A stretch of 64,000 nucleotides of DNA, from IMG/VR virus record IMGVR_UViG_3300046660_000219, positions 62,001-126,000 of that record. One strand, written 5' to 3'. The translations under genes were made by a program, and so were the position numbers. A model generated the notes under the pieces. That model saw only the letters and a program-made list of their open reading frames with translations, had not been told where the DNA came from and searched no databases. Each line of letters starts with the position of its first letter. The stretch's first letter is position 1. Shown here piece after piece: positions 53,557 through 63,040 of this stretch.

Positions 53557-55164
53557 TTATTTACCGTCACGGGCCTCACGTTTCAGCTTAGAGCCAAACG
53601 CGCCAAGGTAATCGTGACATGAGGGATCGATTTTGTAGACGCAATTCTTGGGACCAAGCTTGACGTCGGAGCGCGGCATGATCTCGCTTCGTAGCAGACC
53701 CTCAACCATGTTGGTATTGAACGGTAGATCATCCGCCATGATGATCACTTCCGGCTGTCGCTTACCATTTACTGGTGTAGATGCACGATAGGATAGTTGC
53801 GAGAACAACGGCCCGCCGTTCTCGCCACGAGCTGACATCGGGATCGGACAAAGCACCGCGCTAGGCCGTGCAACGTCGATCCCTTGCTTGATGATCGAAC
53901 GCATGCAAACCAACACTTGGATCGGTGAGTCGTCCTTATCAAACTCTTTTAGAACCTCGTCACGCTTCTTGGTCTTACCGTAGAACGGGATGGCAATGAT
54001 CTCCGATCCCGTACCATTCTTGAGCATGCGATTGCGCGCAACCAAGTTAATGCGGGCTACGACGTCGTCGATGTGTGCAACCTGATCTAACGGTACGATT
54101 ATCGCCGAGTGACCAGCGTCGAGCAGCGTGTAGACGAGCCGGGTAATTTGGCGATTACGATCAGCGTCGTTAGCCATCAACTTGCTAATCGCGTGCCACG
54201 CCTTGACCCGCATATTACCATAAAGGCCAGTCTTGTGAATCTTGATCAGTGGCTTGAGTCCGACGTTCTTGGTCTTAACCACCACTGGACCAAGGATGGT
54301 ATCAGCTAAACGGTAGCGGCCATCCTTGCGGCGCGGCGTAGCGCTCAAACCTAGACGGTACGGCATGTCTAACCGAGACAGAAAACGACTGTACGCGTCC
54401 GCCCCGGCCATATGGCATTCGTCTACGATGAGTAGACCGTATTTACCTTTTACGAAACGAACGACGTTGTCCGCGCCATCTTCACGGATCATCTTCTGGT
54501 ACGCCAACAGCGCGACATCGTGTGGCTTCAGGAAGTCGCTCATCTTGTCGATGATGATGATGCGCTCCGGTTTGGCGTCGGTCATGCGTACGCGCCGCTC
54601 GCCGCCAATGTACGTCTCACGAAACTGTTTGAGTAGATCGATACGATCGGTAACGATCAACGTGCGTAAACCAACGTGGCAACTGATCGCTGCGGCCATT
54701 ACCGTTTTGCCGCTACGCGCGCTGGCCCATATCACCCCCATGAGATGATCTAACCATTTGTCCACCACGGCGATCTGATCGACACGGGTTGTACCATCTG
54801 GCGCGGGGCTGCCGTCGTACAGATCGCGGATCAATTTGAGTGGTCGTTTAAGGGTACGACCAGCGAAATCTCGATCATCGCGTAAACGCAAATCAACGTC
54901 CAGACGACGTTCTATTTCTGCCTTGGCTCCCAAGGGGAACGACAGGTGTGTGATACGGCCACGCTTGTCCTTTATTTTTTTAGCCAAGAAGGCACGACCG
55001 TTGTAGTTCTCACAAGTCTCGCAGTCTACGACCGGCCGCTTCTTGACCAGCGGGCACTTCATACAGTTATAGTCGTTGAAACTATCTACCGAAAAGCCAT
55101 CCACGATGTCTTTAGGATCAAAACCGTCGAATTCCGTAACCGGAATGACAATTTTGTCTCGCAT
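53557..55164 (-). CDS. Superfamily II DExH helicase (UvsW-like)
   Basis: ARSGKT, IVDECH, LSATP, QGID; N-terminal CxxC pairs. Confidence 0.9.
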   Translation of the reverse strand: MRDKIVIPVTEFDGFDPKDIVDGFSVDSFNDYNCMKCPLVKKRPVVDCETCENYNGRAFLAKKIKDKRGRITHLSFPLGAKAEIERRLDVDLRLRDDRDFAGRTLKRPLKLIRDLYDGSPAPDGTTRVDQIAVVDKWLDHLMGVIWASARSGKTVMAAAISCHVGLRTLIVTDRIDLLKQFRETYIGGERRVRMTDAKPERIIIIDKMSDFLKPHDVALLAYQKMIREDGADNVVRFVKGKYGLLIVDECHMAGADAYSRFLSRLDMPYRLGLSATPRRKDGRYRLADTILGPVVVKTKNVGLKPLIKIHKTGLYGNMRVKAWHAISKLMANDADRNRQITRLVYTLLDAGHSAIIVPLDQVAHIDDVVARINLVARNRMLKNGTGSEIIAIPFYGKTKKRDEVLKEFDKDDSPIQVLVCMRSIIKQGIDVARPSAVLCPIPMSARGENGGPLFSQLSYRASTPVNGKRQPEVIIMADDLPFNTNMVEGLLRSEIMPRSDVKLGPKNCVYKIDPSCHDYLGAFGSKLKREARDGK

Positions 55165-55192
55165 AACGCCGCGCACACGCATCAGGCACTAC

Positions 55193-55396
55193 TCATTTGA
55201 ACAAGAAAAGATGGGAAGTCGTTAGGACCTTGGCGGCGCGCTCTTCGTTAGCTCGAATTTCAGCACGAGCTTCTTCAGAAACACGGCCCGTCCATGCCGG
55301 GCACAACTCCTTTAAATTATAACTTCTGGTGTTAGGTGATACACCGCCAATATTTAGCACTCGCCACCCGTCTTCTACCTTTTTCTCGTCCGACAT
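55193..55396 (-). CDS. Hypothetical protein
   Basis: Tiled in operon. Confidence 0.6.
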   Translation of the reverse strand: MSDEKKVEDGWRVLNIGGVSPNTRSYNLKELCPAWTGRVSEEARAEIRANEERAAKVLTTSHLFLFK

Positions 55397-55408
55397 GTGA
55401 TGCTCCGG

Positions 55409-56092
55409 TTAGACTTGTCGGGCGCGAGGTCCCAGCACGAGGTTGGCAGTCTTGATCAGGCGATCGTAAGTGAAAGCGCCCTGGTCGATGTCTTTGATGA
55501 CGTCGTTGGCGATGTCGATGAACCGTTCGGCGGCCTTGGTGGCTTCGACTGCTTTGTCAAAGTGCGATTCGATCGCCGCATCGACGTTAGTCAGAGCACC
55601 GTACAGTTTCTTGAACTCCGCCGCGTGCTGTGACTTGAGGTGACGACGCAACAGAGACAGACCATCAGTCAGTGCTGCTGAACCTTCCTTCACCTTCATT
55701 ACCATTTCCGTGATGTTGGAGCGCTCACGGAAATCCCGGATTTGCGATTCAGTGACCGGGCGCATCTGGCCGTCGTTCAGGTTCTCGTATGATAGTTTAC
55801 TGTTTCGGATGATGCGCTTGCGTTGGATGTCGAACACTCGCTGCATCTGCTCCTGATACCCTTCTCCAACCAAGCGCTCAACTTGACGCGAGAAATCCAG
55901 GCAGCGTGGGTCACGCATCCAAGCATGTATAGGCTCGGGTAGGTTCTCGACTAACGACTTACGGGAGGTTAAATCCAGAGCGCGCCGCTCATCATCGCGC
56001 TTGTTCGGTCGCACGGGCCGTTGTTTGCGCTCTACAGGTAGAGCCCTGCCGTTACTCTTACTAAGAACAGGTTTAATGGATACTTTAGCCAT
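55409..56092 (-). CDS. Coiled-coil protein (possible recombination mediator)
   Basis: Long amphipathic helices; location in replication/recombination module. Confidence 0.55.
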   Translation of the reverse strand: MAKVSIKPVLSKSNGRALPVERKQRPVRPNKRDDERRALDLTSRKSLVENLPEPIHAWMRDPRCLDFSRQVERLVGEGYQEQMQRVFDIQRKRIIRNSKLSYENLNDGQMRPVTESQIRDFRERSNITEMVMKVKEGSAALTDGLSLLRRHLKSQHAAEFKKLYGALTNVDAAIESHFDKAVEATKAAERFIDIANDVIKDIDQGAFTYDRLIKTANLVLGPRARQV

Positions 56093-56502
56093 TAACGGTT
56101 ACTCCGTTTGTCAACCCGGATCGCCACCAAGGCGTTGCGGGAGTCGAACTCGTAAAGGATAAGATCGGGAAGGGCACGCATGAGCGGGCGTGCTAATCCT
56201 ACGTCCAGACCTTTGCGCGCACTTTCTGTAGAAATAGTAGCAGTTGTAGCGGTGATTTCGCACGTCATACCAAGCGGGTAGTAGACCACCAGACCAACTT
56301 GTGTCGAACCGGACATGACAGCTGTTAAAGTAAAAGGTACTGCCTTGGAGACGTACGCTGTTTCCGTCAGTGACATCTTGGCGCGGAACGGCTGGCGCGT
56401 GCGGAACAGTAACGCGCGCTCCTTTATCCGATGTTGCTGTAGATCGAAGAACGAGGCTGGCGCGATTTGCTCCAGTAGGACGAAATGCTCTGGTGCTAGC
56501 AT
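56092..56502 (-). CDS. Hypothetical protein
   Basis: TAATG overlap; SD ggagt. Confidence 0.65.
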   Translation of the reverse strand: MLAPEHFVLLEQIAPASFFDLQQHRIKERALLFRTRQPFRAKMSLTETAYVSKAVPFTLTAVMSGSTQVGLVVYYPLGMTCEITATTATISTESARKGLDVGLARPLMRALPDLILYEFDSRNALVAIRVDKRSNR

Positions 56503-56507
56503 CGCGC

Positions 56508-57605
56508 CTACTCCCGAACCGAGTCGCCAGCAACCATGACGACCGTGGCAAGCTTCTCGTAGGTTTTGTCTTTACCTTTACCTACTTCATCCGTGATATC
56601 GATGCGCAGATTGTCGGCGTTGTGCGTGATCTTGGCTACGGCGTGTTTGCTCAGCGAAATACCTTTTAACGCCGTCGCGAACATCTTGGTGTGTAGCAGA
56701 ACGTCTCCGTCGTGTTCGGTCGTGGCTTGGATCGTCTCACTGAACACACCGTTGACGTTGCTAACAGTAACCGACAGTGCGCTGTTGTTGGGGGCTTGTG
56801 GGTTCTTCTTGTAGCGCAAGCGCAGCGACGTGGTCTCTTCCGGCATGAGTTTTGTTACAGCCGTAACGACGTCACGCAAATCGGTAGCCTGCACTGAGAA
56901 TGAGTTGCCGGTAATGGCGCGAGTGTTGTCAAGCAACTCACTCAGCACTGGGAAGTCTACCGGCGGCATAGCCATGCTAACGGTCACGGGAATCTTGGTA
57001 ACCGCCGTCGCCTGGAACTCACCAGTAATACTAAACATATCGTCATTTGAACGCAGGCGGATGTTCATCAAACCCTTTGTCGCCGGGAGCATCTTGGCCG
57101 GGAACGTACCACGCTCACTGACCTCTTGTCCGTAGATAAAGGTATTGACGTAATCACTGATTAGACCAACCACCCCACCAGACTTGCGACGGCTGAACGC
57201 CACCCACACATCCGCACCAAACGCATCGGTAGTGTTGACGTTCAGGAAATCCGGCGGTACCAGCCCGTCACCCGGCAACGCCTTCACACCAGCCGCCAAC
57301 TCACTGTCTAATACATCGCACGGCAGTTGTACTTTCCACCGTGGCCCGTAAACACTAAACAGTGACCCGTCCACAGCCATCATCGCATCGTCACGTAGAG
57401 CGTTCTTCAGTGGTTGTGTTTGAACGGAAACGGTACCACGATGAGGCCACAGAGTGTCTAGGTTTTCCATAGTCATTAGCGCCTTGACGTGAGTCACACC
57501 GTCCGTGCAACTCACTTCAAGTTTATCACCGCCGCGCCGGATGAACGTGACGATCTCCGGCTTGGTTAAGTCTGTCATGTACTTGAACAGCTTCGTCAGT
57601 TTCAT
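56508..57605 (-). CDS. Putative sliding clamp (DnaN-like)
   Basis: 365 aa alternating beta/alpha, CTDG motif, adjacent to polymerase. Confidence 0.6.
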   Translation of the reverse strand: MKLTKLFKYMTDLTKPEIVTFIRRGGDKLEVSCTDGVTHVKALMTMENLDTLWPHRGTVSVQTQPLKNALRDDAMMAVDGSLFSVYGPRWKVQLPCDVLDSELAAGVKALPGDGLVPPDFLNVNTTDAFGADVWVAFSRRKSGGVVGLISDYVNTFIYGQEVSERGTFPAKMLPATKGLMNIRLRSNDDMFSITGEFQATAVTKIPVTVSMAMPPVDFPVLSELLDNTRAITGNSFSVQATDLRDVVTAVTKLMPEETTSLRLRYKKNPQAPNNSALSVTVSNVNGVFSETIQATTEHDGDVLLHTKMFATALKGISLSKHAVAKITHNADNLRIDITDEVGKGKDKTYEKLATVVMVAGDSVRE

Positions 57606-57623
57606 ACTATTTGTCCCTTGTGG

Positions 57624-60600
57624 TTAGGCGGCCCGACGAACATGGCGACGACGATTGCTAGGGCGTTTGGTGCGGCGTGCGTCACGTTGTGCCGTGTCAC
57701 GATTAGGCCGCTCGACTTGCTGTTCAGTACGATTTCCAGTCGAACGGTTAGTGGCGTTGGTTTCTAGATCACGCCAATCCGGCATACGTAGTTGTGCAAT
57801 ATCAGACGCGCGCAGCAGCATCCTAGTAGAGGGTTTCGGCAGTTCCCCCTTGTCTCTGGCTACCTTTCTGTCGTCCAAATCGCGTTGCAGTTCAGTCTTA
57901 CGCAGACGCCACATGATGTCGATGTTGTGTAGCAAGTCCTTGCGATCTTTTGGGGTGTCGCACAATGGTAGAAGATGCTCACGCCACGACTGTACCGAAC
58001 CATCAAGCGTCGTCATCTCTGCCATGTTCTTACCGACCTCTTGTTCGATCTCAAAATCGACGTTGAGGTCTAGCCCGTAGTTGTTGAAGTAACGCGCAAT
58101 GGCTGAAGTCGCTGCGTGCTCGGCGAGATACGACGTCAGCGGAGCAAGAATGGTAGGTGTCTCTTGCTCTTGGCTGTCGTGCACCGCATTCATCGTACCG
58201 ATGTGCTGGCACAGAGGCGCAATGATTCGGTGATCCTTGGCTAGCTCACGTTCGAAGTTAAACAACATGCGCTCGAAACGGTTGATGGCGATGTAACCGA
58301 CTTGCGACAGCGGGCCTTGGATTAGGCTGTTTGGACCGCGCCGATCCATGGCCTTGTGTACCCTTTTGGCCGCATGCCGATAACCATCAAGGTGACGCCG
58401 CCCGCCAAAGATATTGACCGCGTAGAAGTTATCCATACCGTCTTTGTGGACTTTAGCGATCCACGCAGCCCCGGTGGGGAATTTCTTGAAGAACAGTTGT
58501 TGCAGGGCTTCGGCTTCTTCGACCGTGATCCCCAATTCCTGTGCTAGCGACGGTCCCGCGCGTCCATAAATAGTACCGAAGATGACACCCTTGATCTGGT
58601 GACGTAGTGGGTCGCTTTTATCTACCTTTTTTTGGAAAAACAGCTCGACGTTCTGAATGTGAATATCTGCTTCGGCTTTCCATTTTGCCATCGCAGCTTC
58701 ACGCATGTTAGCGCCAGCAACGCGGAACTCCTTGTGCAGTTGGATGGAGTTATGGAAGCGCTCGGCTAGCACCATATCGTTAGGGATGATCGCGTAGCCG
58801 CGAACTTCGTTGGCGTTGAAATCCTGTTTGATGATAATCTTACCATATTCGGCCGAGAACTGACGCTTGACCAACTTGGCGAGCTTACCACGTTGTGGAA
58901 TGTTCTGAAGGTTCGGTTCTGACGAAGACGATCGACCCGTCAGAACGTTAATGAACCCGTAGCTAGAACGAATACGCTTGGTCGCAATAGCATCCGGATT
59001 ACGCGTCATAATCTTGGCGAACGCGTCAACGAAGCCGGTCTTTACCTTTTTGGCTTCGTTGTAGGCCATGAAGTCAGCGACTTCTTGCACCATCGAGTTG
59101 GCCTTAAGGAAGGCCTTGCCGACAGAGGGCTTGCCACTCTTGGTAATGACGCTGGCCTGAAGGCCAAGAACGTCGAAAAACAGTATGGATTGAGCATCCT
59201 GTTTGTCGATGTCGAAGACTTGCGCCGTACCTGTAGACCACAGCGTTTTGGTAGGTGCGCCGCGTTTGCGCAGCAGGATTTGGTTGGCGCGTTGTGCTGC
59301 TTCTGACGCTTGCAGCTTTTGCTTGTTCTCGCGTAGCGCCGTACGCAGAGGTCCGTCACCTAGACGTAGTGATAAAAGGTACGGAATATCAACAGGGATA
59401 CCGCGCTTTTCCATCGATGCGAATACGTGCGGCATTTCGCCCGCGTGGATCACGTATCGTTCGAAATCAGTATACCCCGTGTCGCGCGCCCGTTGCAACT
59501 GCAACTCGTGGATCCACCACGGCGTGAACACGTCGAGCACACCGTACGGAGCGATGCGCTCTAGCGGCTGCGACGCCATCGTTGAACGCTGGTCCTTGGC
59601 CAGCATGTCTTCGGGGCGCGTATAACCGTGGTCGCGTTCGAGGCGTTCAAGCGCCCAGGCCGACAGACCGGTTGCGCTGTAGAACTTACGGTTTTCGTTG
59701 TGCGCCCACGCACCAACCGCAACGTCGTACATCCTAAATGGTAGATGGCGACAACCGATGACGCTACGTAGAATGATGCACTCGTACTTCAGGTGCGCGC
59801 CGATAACCTTGCCTTTGAAGTTCTCAAAGAAGTCCTTGAGCATAGCGCGAATTTCGTCGCGCTCCTTCTCTAGCCACGGAGACTCAAAGTGCACAAAGGG
59901 TAGAAAGTACGCCTTGCTGCGCGAGACAGCAATCTGCACCGAGATCAGGTTGTTGACGATGCGGTTCAGGTTGTCGCCTTCGGTGTCGAGTGCGATGGTT
60001 TTGACCTTGGCAAGGGCCGCGAACATCTCGCGTACCTTGGGCATGGTATCTACCATTACAAATGATGTTTCCGGCGGTACGATGGTGTATCGGTTCTTGC
60101 CGCGTCGCAGCGTACGCGCGTGCTCGACGACCTCACCTAGCAGCGACGACGTAGTTTCGTCATTAACGGTAAAGTGCGTGGCGCACGTCGTCCAAATAGA
60201 CTTGATACCTTTGAACTCAAACATGCGGCCGATCATCGGCTTATCGCGATGTAGAGCTTGCGCACCCAAGAACAGGATGCGCTCAGGTTTAATGGAATCA
60301 ATCCACTTCTCAAGGCGACGATCAAACGCGGCTAGCGCTACCGCGCGCTGCGTCGGCGTAAGGCTCTTGACCCGGTGGATTGGATAACCAATAGCTACTG
60401 TTTCCCAATCGTCATAGCCGGCCAGATCAAGCATGCGATCGACAGTTTGCGATGGCGTGTTGATTGGTTGGCCCCAATCGTTGAGATCAGCCTTGTATGT
60501 GTGTAGTTCGTTCTTGCTGATGTCGTGATTGGTTACAAAACCATAGACGATTAACAGACGCTTGTGTTCGCCTCTCGCGAAGGTGCGCAACTCGACCGGT

Positions 60601-60722
60601 GGGAAATTGTAGATTTCTCCGGCACCAGTCGGCGGAAAATAATCTCGGCCAAATAACCGGACACGGCGGGAGTTGGTGACGTTGTTATCGTCCTGATCGT
60701 TGCTCAAGATCGCCGTTTGCAT
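57624..60722 (-). CDS. polA: Family A DNA polymerase with 3'-5' exonuclease and N-terminal UDG-like domain
   Basis: LDTEG exo I; QDFNANEVR motif A; RHQIKGVIFGTIYG motif B; VHDS motif C. Confidence 0.95.
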   Translation of the reverse strand: MQTAILSNDQDDNNVTNSRRVRLFGRDYFPPTGAGEIYNFPPVELRTFARGEHKRLLIVYGFVTNHDISKNELHTYKADLNDWGQPINTPSQTVDRMLDLAGYDDWETVAIGYPIHRVKSLTPTQRAVALAAFDRRLEKWIDSIKPERILFLGAQALHRDKPMIGRMFEFKGIKSIWTTCATHFTVNDETTSSLLGEVVEHARTLRRGKNRYTIVPPETSFVMVDTMPKVREMFAALAKVKTIALDTEGDNLNRIVNNLISVQIAVSRSKAYFLPFVHFESPWLEKERDEIRAMLKDFFENFKGKVIGAHLKYECIILRSVIGCRHLPFRMYDVAVGAWAHNENRKFYSATGLSAWALERLERDHGYTRPEDMLAKDQRSTMASQPLERIAPYGVLDVFTPWWIHELQLQRARDTGYTDFERYVIHAGEMPHVFASMEKRGIPVDIPYLLSLRLGDGPLRTALRENKQKLQASEAAQRANQILLRKRGAPTKTLWSTGTAQVFDIDKQDAQSILFFDVLGLQASVITKSGKPSVGKAFLKANSMVQEVADFMAYNEAKKVKTGFVDAFAKIMTRNPDAIATKRIRSSYGFINVLTGRSSSSEPNLQNIPQRGKLAKLVKRQFSAEYGKIIIKQDFNANEVRGYAIIPNDMVLAERFHNSIQLHKEFRVAGANMREAAMAKWKAEADIHIQNVELFFQKKVDKSDPLRHQIKGVIFGTIYGRAGPSLAQELGITVEEAEALQQLFFKKFPTGAAWIAKVHKDGMDNFYAVNIFGGRRHLDGYRHAAKRVHKAMDRRGPNSLIQGPLSQVGYIAINRFERMLFNFERELAKDHRIIAPLCQHIGTMNAVHDSQEQETPTILAPLTSYLAEHAATSAIARYFNNYGLDLNVDFEIEQEVGKNMAEMTTLDGSVQSWREHLLPLCDTPKDRKDLLHNIDIMWRLRKTELQRDLDDRKVARDKGELPKPSTRMLLRASDIAQLRMPDWRDLETNATNRSTGNRTEQQVERPNRDTAQRDARRTKRPSNRRRHVRRAA

Positions 60723-60778
60723 AGGACAGCACGCCCCGAAACTGTAGTGGTTATGTGGGTCCGTTGTGGACCAGACGC

Positions 60779-60816
60779 AAAGAAGGCCCCGCTACATTTT
60801 CAGCAACGGGGCCTTC
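60779..60816 (-). terminator. Rho-independent terminator
   Basis: gaaggccccg...cggggccttc followed by ttt on minus strand. Confidence 0.75.
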
Positions 60817-60843
60817 GTAGTTACTCGCGAGTGCTAGAAAAGA

Positions 60844-61314
60844 CTAGCGACGACCACGCTTGGCCGGAGCCTTAGCAGCAGGCTTCGCGGCCGGCTTCTT
60901 AGCAGCCGGCTTTTTAGCGGGTTTAGCCGGAGCTGCACGACCGCGACCACGCGCCGGAGGAGCCTCATCCTCGTCTTCGTCGTCAGCATCGTAGTCTTCT
61001 TCATCGTCTTCCACGTCATCATCGTCGTCGTAGTCTTCTTCATCGCGCGGAGCAGCGCGACGACCACGACCACGCGCGGGCGGCTCGTCTTCTTCCTCTT
61101 CCTCTTCGTCGTCATACTCGCTGTCTTCCGCATCGTCAGCGTCGTCTTCATACCCTTCTTCATCGGCATCGTCGAGGCTGTCAGGACCTTCTTCATTGAA
61201 GCGATCGACAACCTGAGAAACGATAGTCAGATCATTCTCGGAAAGGGTTTCTAGACCAGCAATGATCGAAGCGATCAGGGCTTCGGTCGGCGACAGTTTC
61301 TTAGCTTTAGCCAT
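60844..61314 (-). CDS. Acidic/basic low-complexity protein with H1-like tail
   Basis: D/E tracts, two PPARGRGR repeats, KKPAAK repeats. Confidence 0.8.
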   Translation of the reverse strand: MAKAKKLSPTEALIASIIAGLETLSENDLTIVSQVVDRFNEEGPDSLDDADEEGYEDDADDAEDSEYDDEEEEEEDEPPARGRGRRAAPRDEEDYDDDDDVEDDEEDYDADDEDEDEAPPARGRGRAAPAKPAKKPAAKKPAAKPAAKAPAKRGRR

Positions 61315-61416
61315 TAGTATAGTCCCTTGTTGACTACTTGTTGTAGTCTGTTGCGAAGAGGGTTGATCACAGTACCCGAAGGTCAAAATCAAGTCAAGAC
61401 CCTGGGGTACCGAGAT

Positions 61417-62967
61417 TTATTCGTCGGATAGATCGTCTGAAGTCTGCCCAACCTTCTTTTGGCGAGCAGCAGCCATCAGTTCTATCGTTTCTCGACGTTG
61501 TAGTTGCGAGAAGGCTTCCGCGCGCATACGAGGAATACGATCGAAACCATTTTCCTTGAGCGCTTTGGCGTACTTACCGCCAAATTTCTCAGCCAGCACG
61601 AAGGTTTTGAACTGCATCCACGTCATCAGTTCAAGGTGCTTGTGTTTAGGCAGCGTTACCTTAAATTTGAGGTGTCGCTTACCTTCAACTTGACCCGTAA
61701 CAACGAGGTAGCGCCACAGATCGAAGACTGGATCAATGCCACGGCCAAGACCGTCAGGATCGCCCGTCCAGATACGGCACCAATCTTTCAGAAACGGCTG
61801 ACCCGCCTTGTTCTTGACGTTGGTCAGGCCTTTGAAAGAATAGTAGTCATTACCACCGAGCGGATTAGGCTCGATGTTCAACGCACTACTTACCTTATCT
61901 TTCGCGAAGCTACCGGGAGCCCCGTCAACAGCACGTGTCCTAATCCATGTACGCTGCACAGATGATAGCTTGAGGACGTTGCCGCACGCTTCATATTCCG
62001 TGGGGCCGTGGGTGACACCCGGCTTGTCACGCAATGAATTAGCACTCACCAGCACCACGCCTTTACGACGGAAGCGACCGGCCACTAACGGTAGCATTTC
62101 TGCTAGCTTACGCGCCTTCTCCGACATACCTCCGCTGGAACCCAACTCACGCTCGTCAGCAGCGTCAGTGATCAACGCTGGCCACGAGTCCAAAGCCAAG
62201 CACAACTGCGGTTTGGTGTCTTCCGTCAAAAAGATAGCGTAGTCACGGTTAGACAACTTGGCGTCGGGCTTCACGCCACCTTTGCTCATGCCTTCAATTA
62301 GAGCTAGATGGTTCTTGTTACTCTTATCAAACCGGAGAACGAACGATTGAGCTACATCGTCCCAGATTTTGTCAGGCAACACCCGCATGGTGGCGCGCAG
62401 GAAGTTGAAATAGTTCTCCAGGATATTTTGGTCGTGGTAACGCAGACGCGACATGAGGGCGGCGTCGAAATCCTTCCCCATGGATTGCATCATTAGTTCG
62501 TGAGCAAGACTGTTCTCCGCGTCGTTGATACCGCTGCGGATGTTCTGCATGAGGGCTTCACCCAACGTGTGAGTGATAGTGGTCGTCTTGCCCGAACCTT
62601 CTGGCCCTACCATTTGGCAGATACCCAAAGGAACCCAACCGCCGCCGTGCAGGATGTCGATCATCAACGAGCCTGACGAGATACGGTCGAGAGTATGGAC
62701 GCCACCAACCATTTCGTACTTCTTGGCGGCGGTGTCGAATTCGAGATCCAACAAGTAGGCTAGATCATACTCGTTAGCGATGACAATAGAACTACCCTTG
62801 CCTGCCTTGGCGCTCACGTCATGCGCAACGACAGCGGGTAGATTACTACCCTTGTTAGCACGTCCGCGTGCGGTCTTGACCGGCGCAGCACGAGCCTTTG
62901 TAGGAGCCGGCTTGACCGGCTTAGCGGGTGCGGCCTTTTGGACCGCTTTGGTGGCTCTGCTAACCAT
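61417..62967 (-). CDS. recA: RecA/UvsX-like recombinase
   Basis: SSGSLMIDIL, GPEGSGKTT, ALDSW, ANSLRDKPG, CGNVLKL. Confidence 0.92.
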   Translation of the reverse strand: MVSRATKAVQKAAPAKPVKPAPTKARAAPVKTARGRANKGSNLPAVVAHDVSAKAGKGSSIVIANEYDLAYLLDLEFDTAAKKYEMVGGVHTLDRISSGSLMIDILHGGGWVPLGICQMVGPEGSGKTTTITHTLGEALMQNIRSGINDAENSLAHELMMQSMGKDFDAALMSRLRYHDQNILENYFNFLRATMRVLPDKIWDDVAQSFVLRFDKSNKNHLALIEGMSKGGVKPDAKLSNRDYAIFLTEDTKPQLCLALDSWPALITDAADERELGSSGGMSEKARKLAEMLPLVAGRFRRKGVVLVSANSLRDKPGVTHGPTEYEACGNVLKLSSVQRTWIRTRAVDGAPGSFAKDKVSSALNIEPNPLGGNDYYSFKGLTNVKNKAGQPFLKDWCRIWTGDPDGLGRGIDPVFDLWRYLVVTGQVEGKRHLKFKVTLPKHKHLELMTWMQFKTFVLAEKFGGKYAKALKENGFDRIPRMRAEAFSQLQRRETIELMAAARQKKVGQTSDDLSDE

Positions 62968-62998
62968 GCACTATGATCCCCGAAAACAGTAAGAAGTA

Positions 62999-63023
62999 CC
63001 CGGAGGGCGTTGCGCCCTCCGGG
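62999..63023 (-). terminator. Probable terminator hairpin
   Basis: ccggagggcg-ttg-cgccctccgg; weak U-tract. Confidence 0.55.
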
Positions 63024-63040
63024 CGGCGTCACTCACTCAA

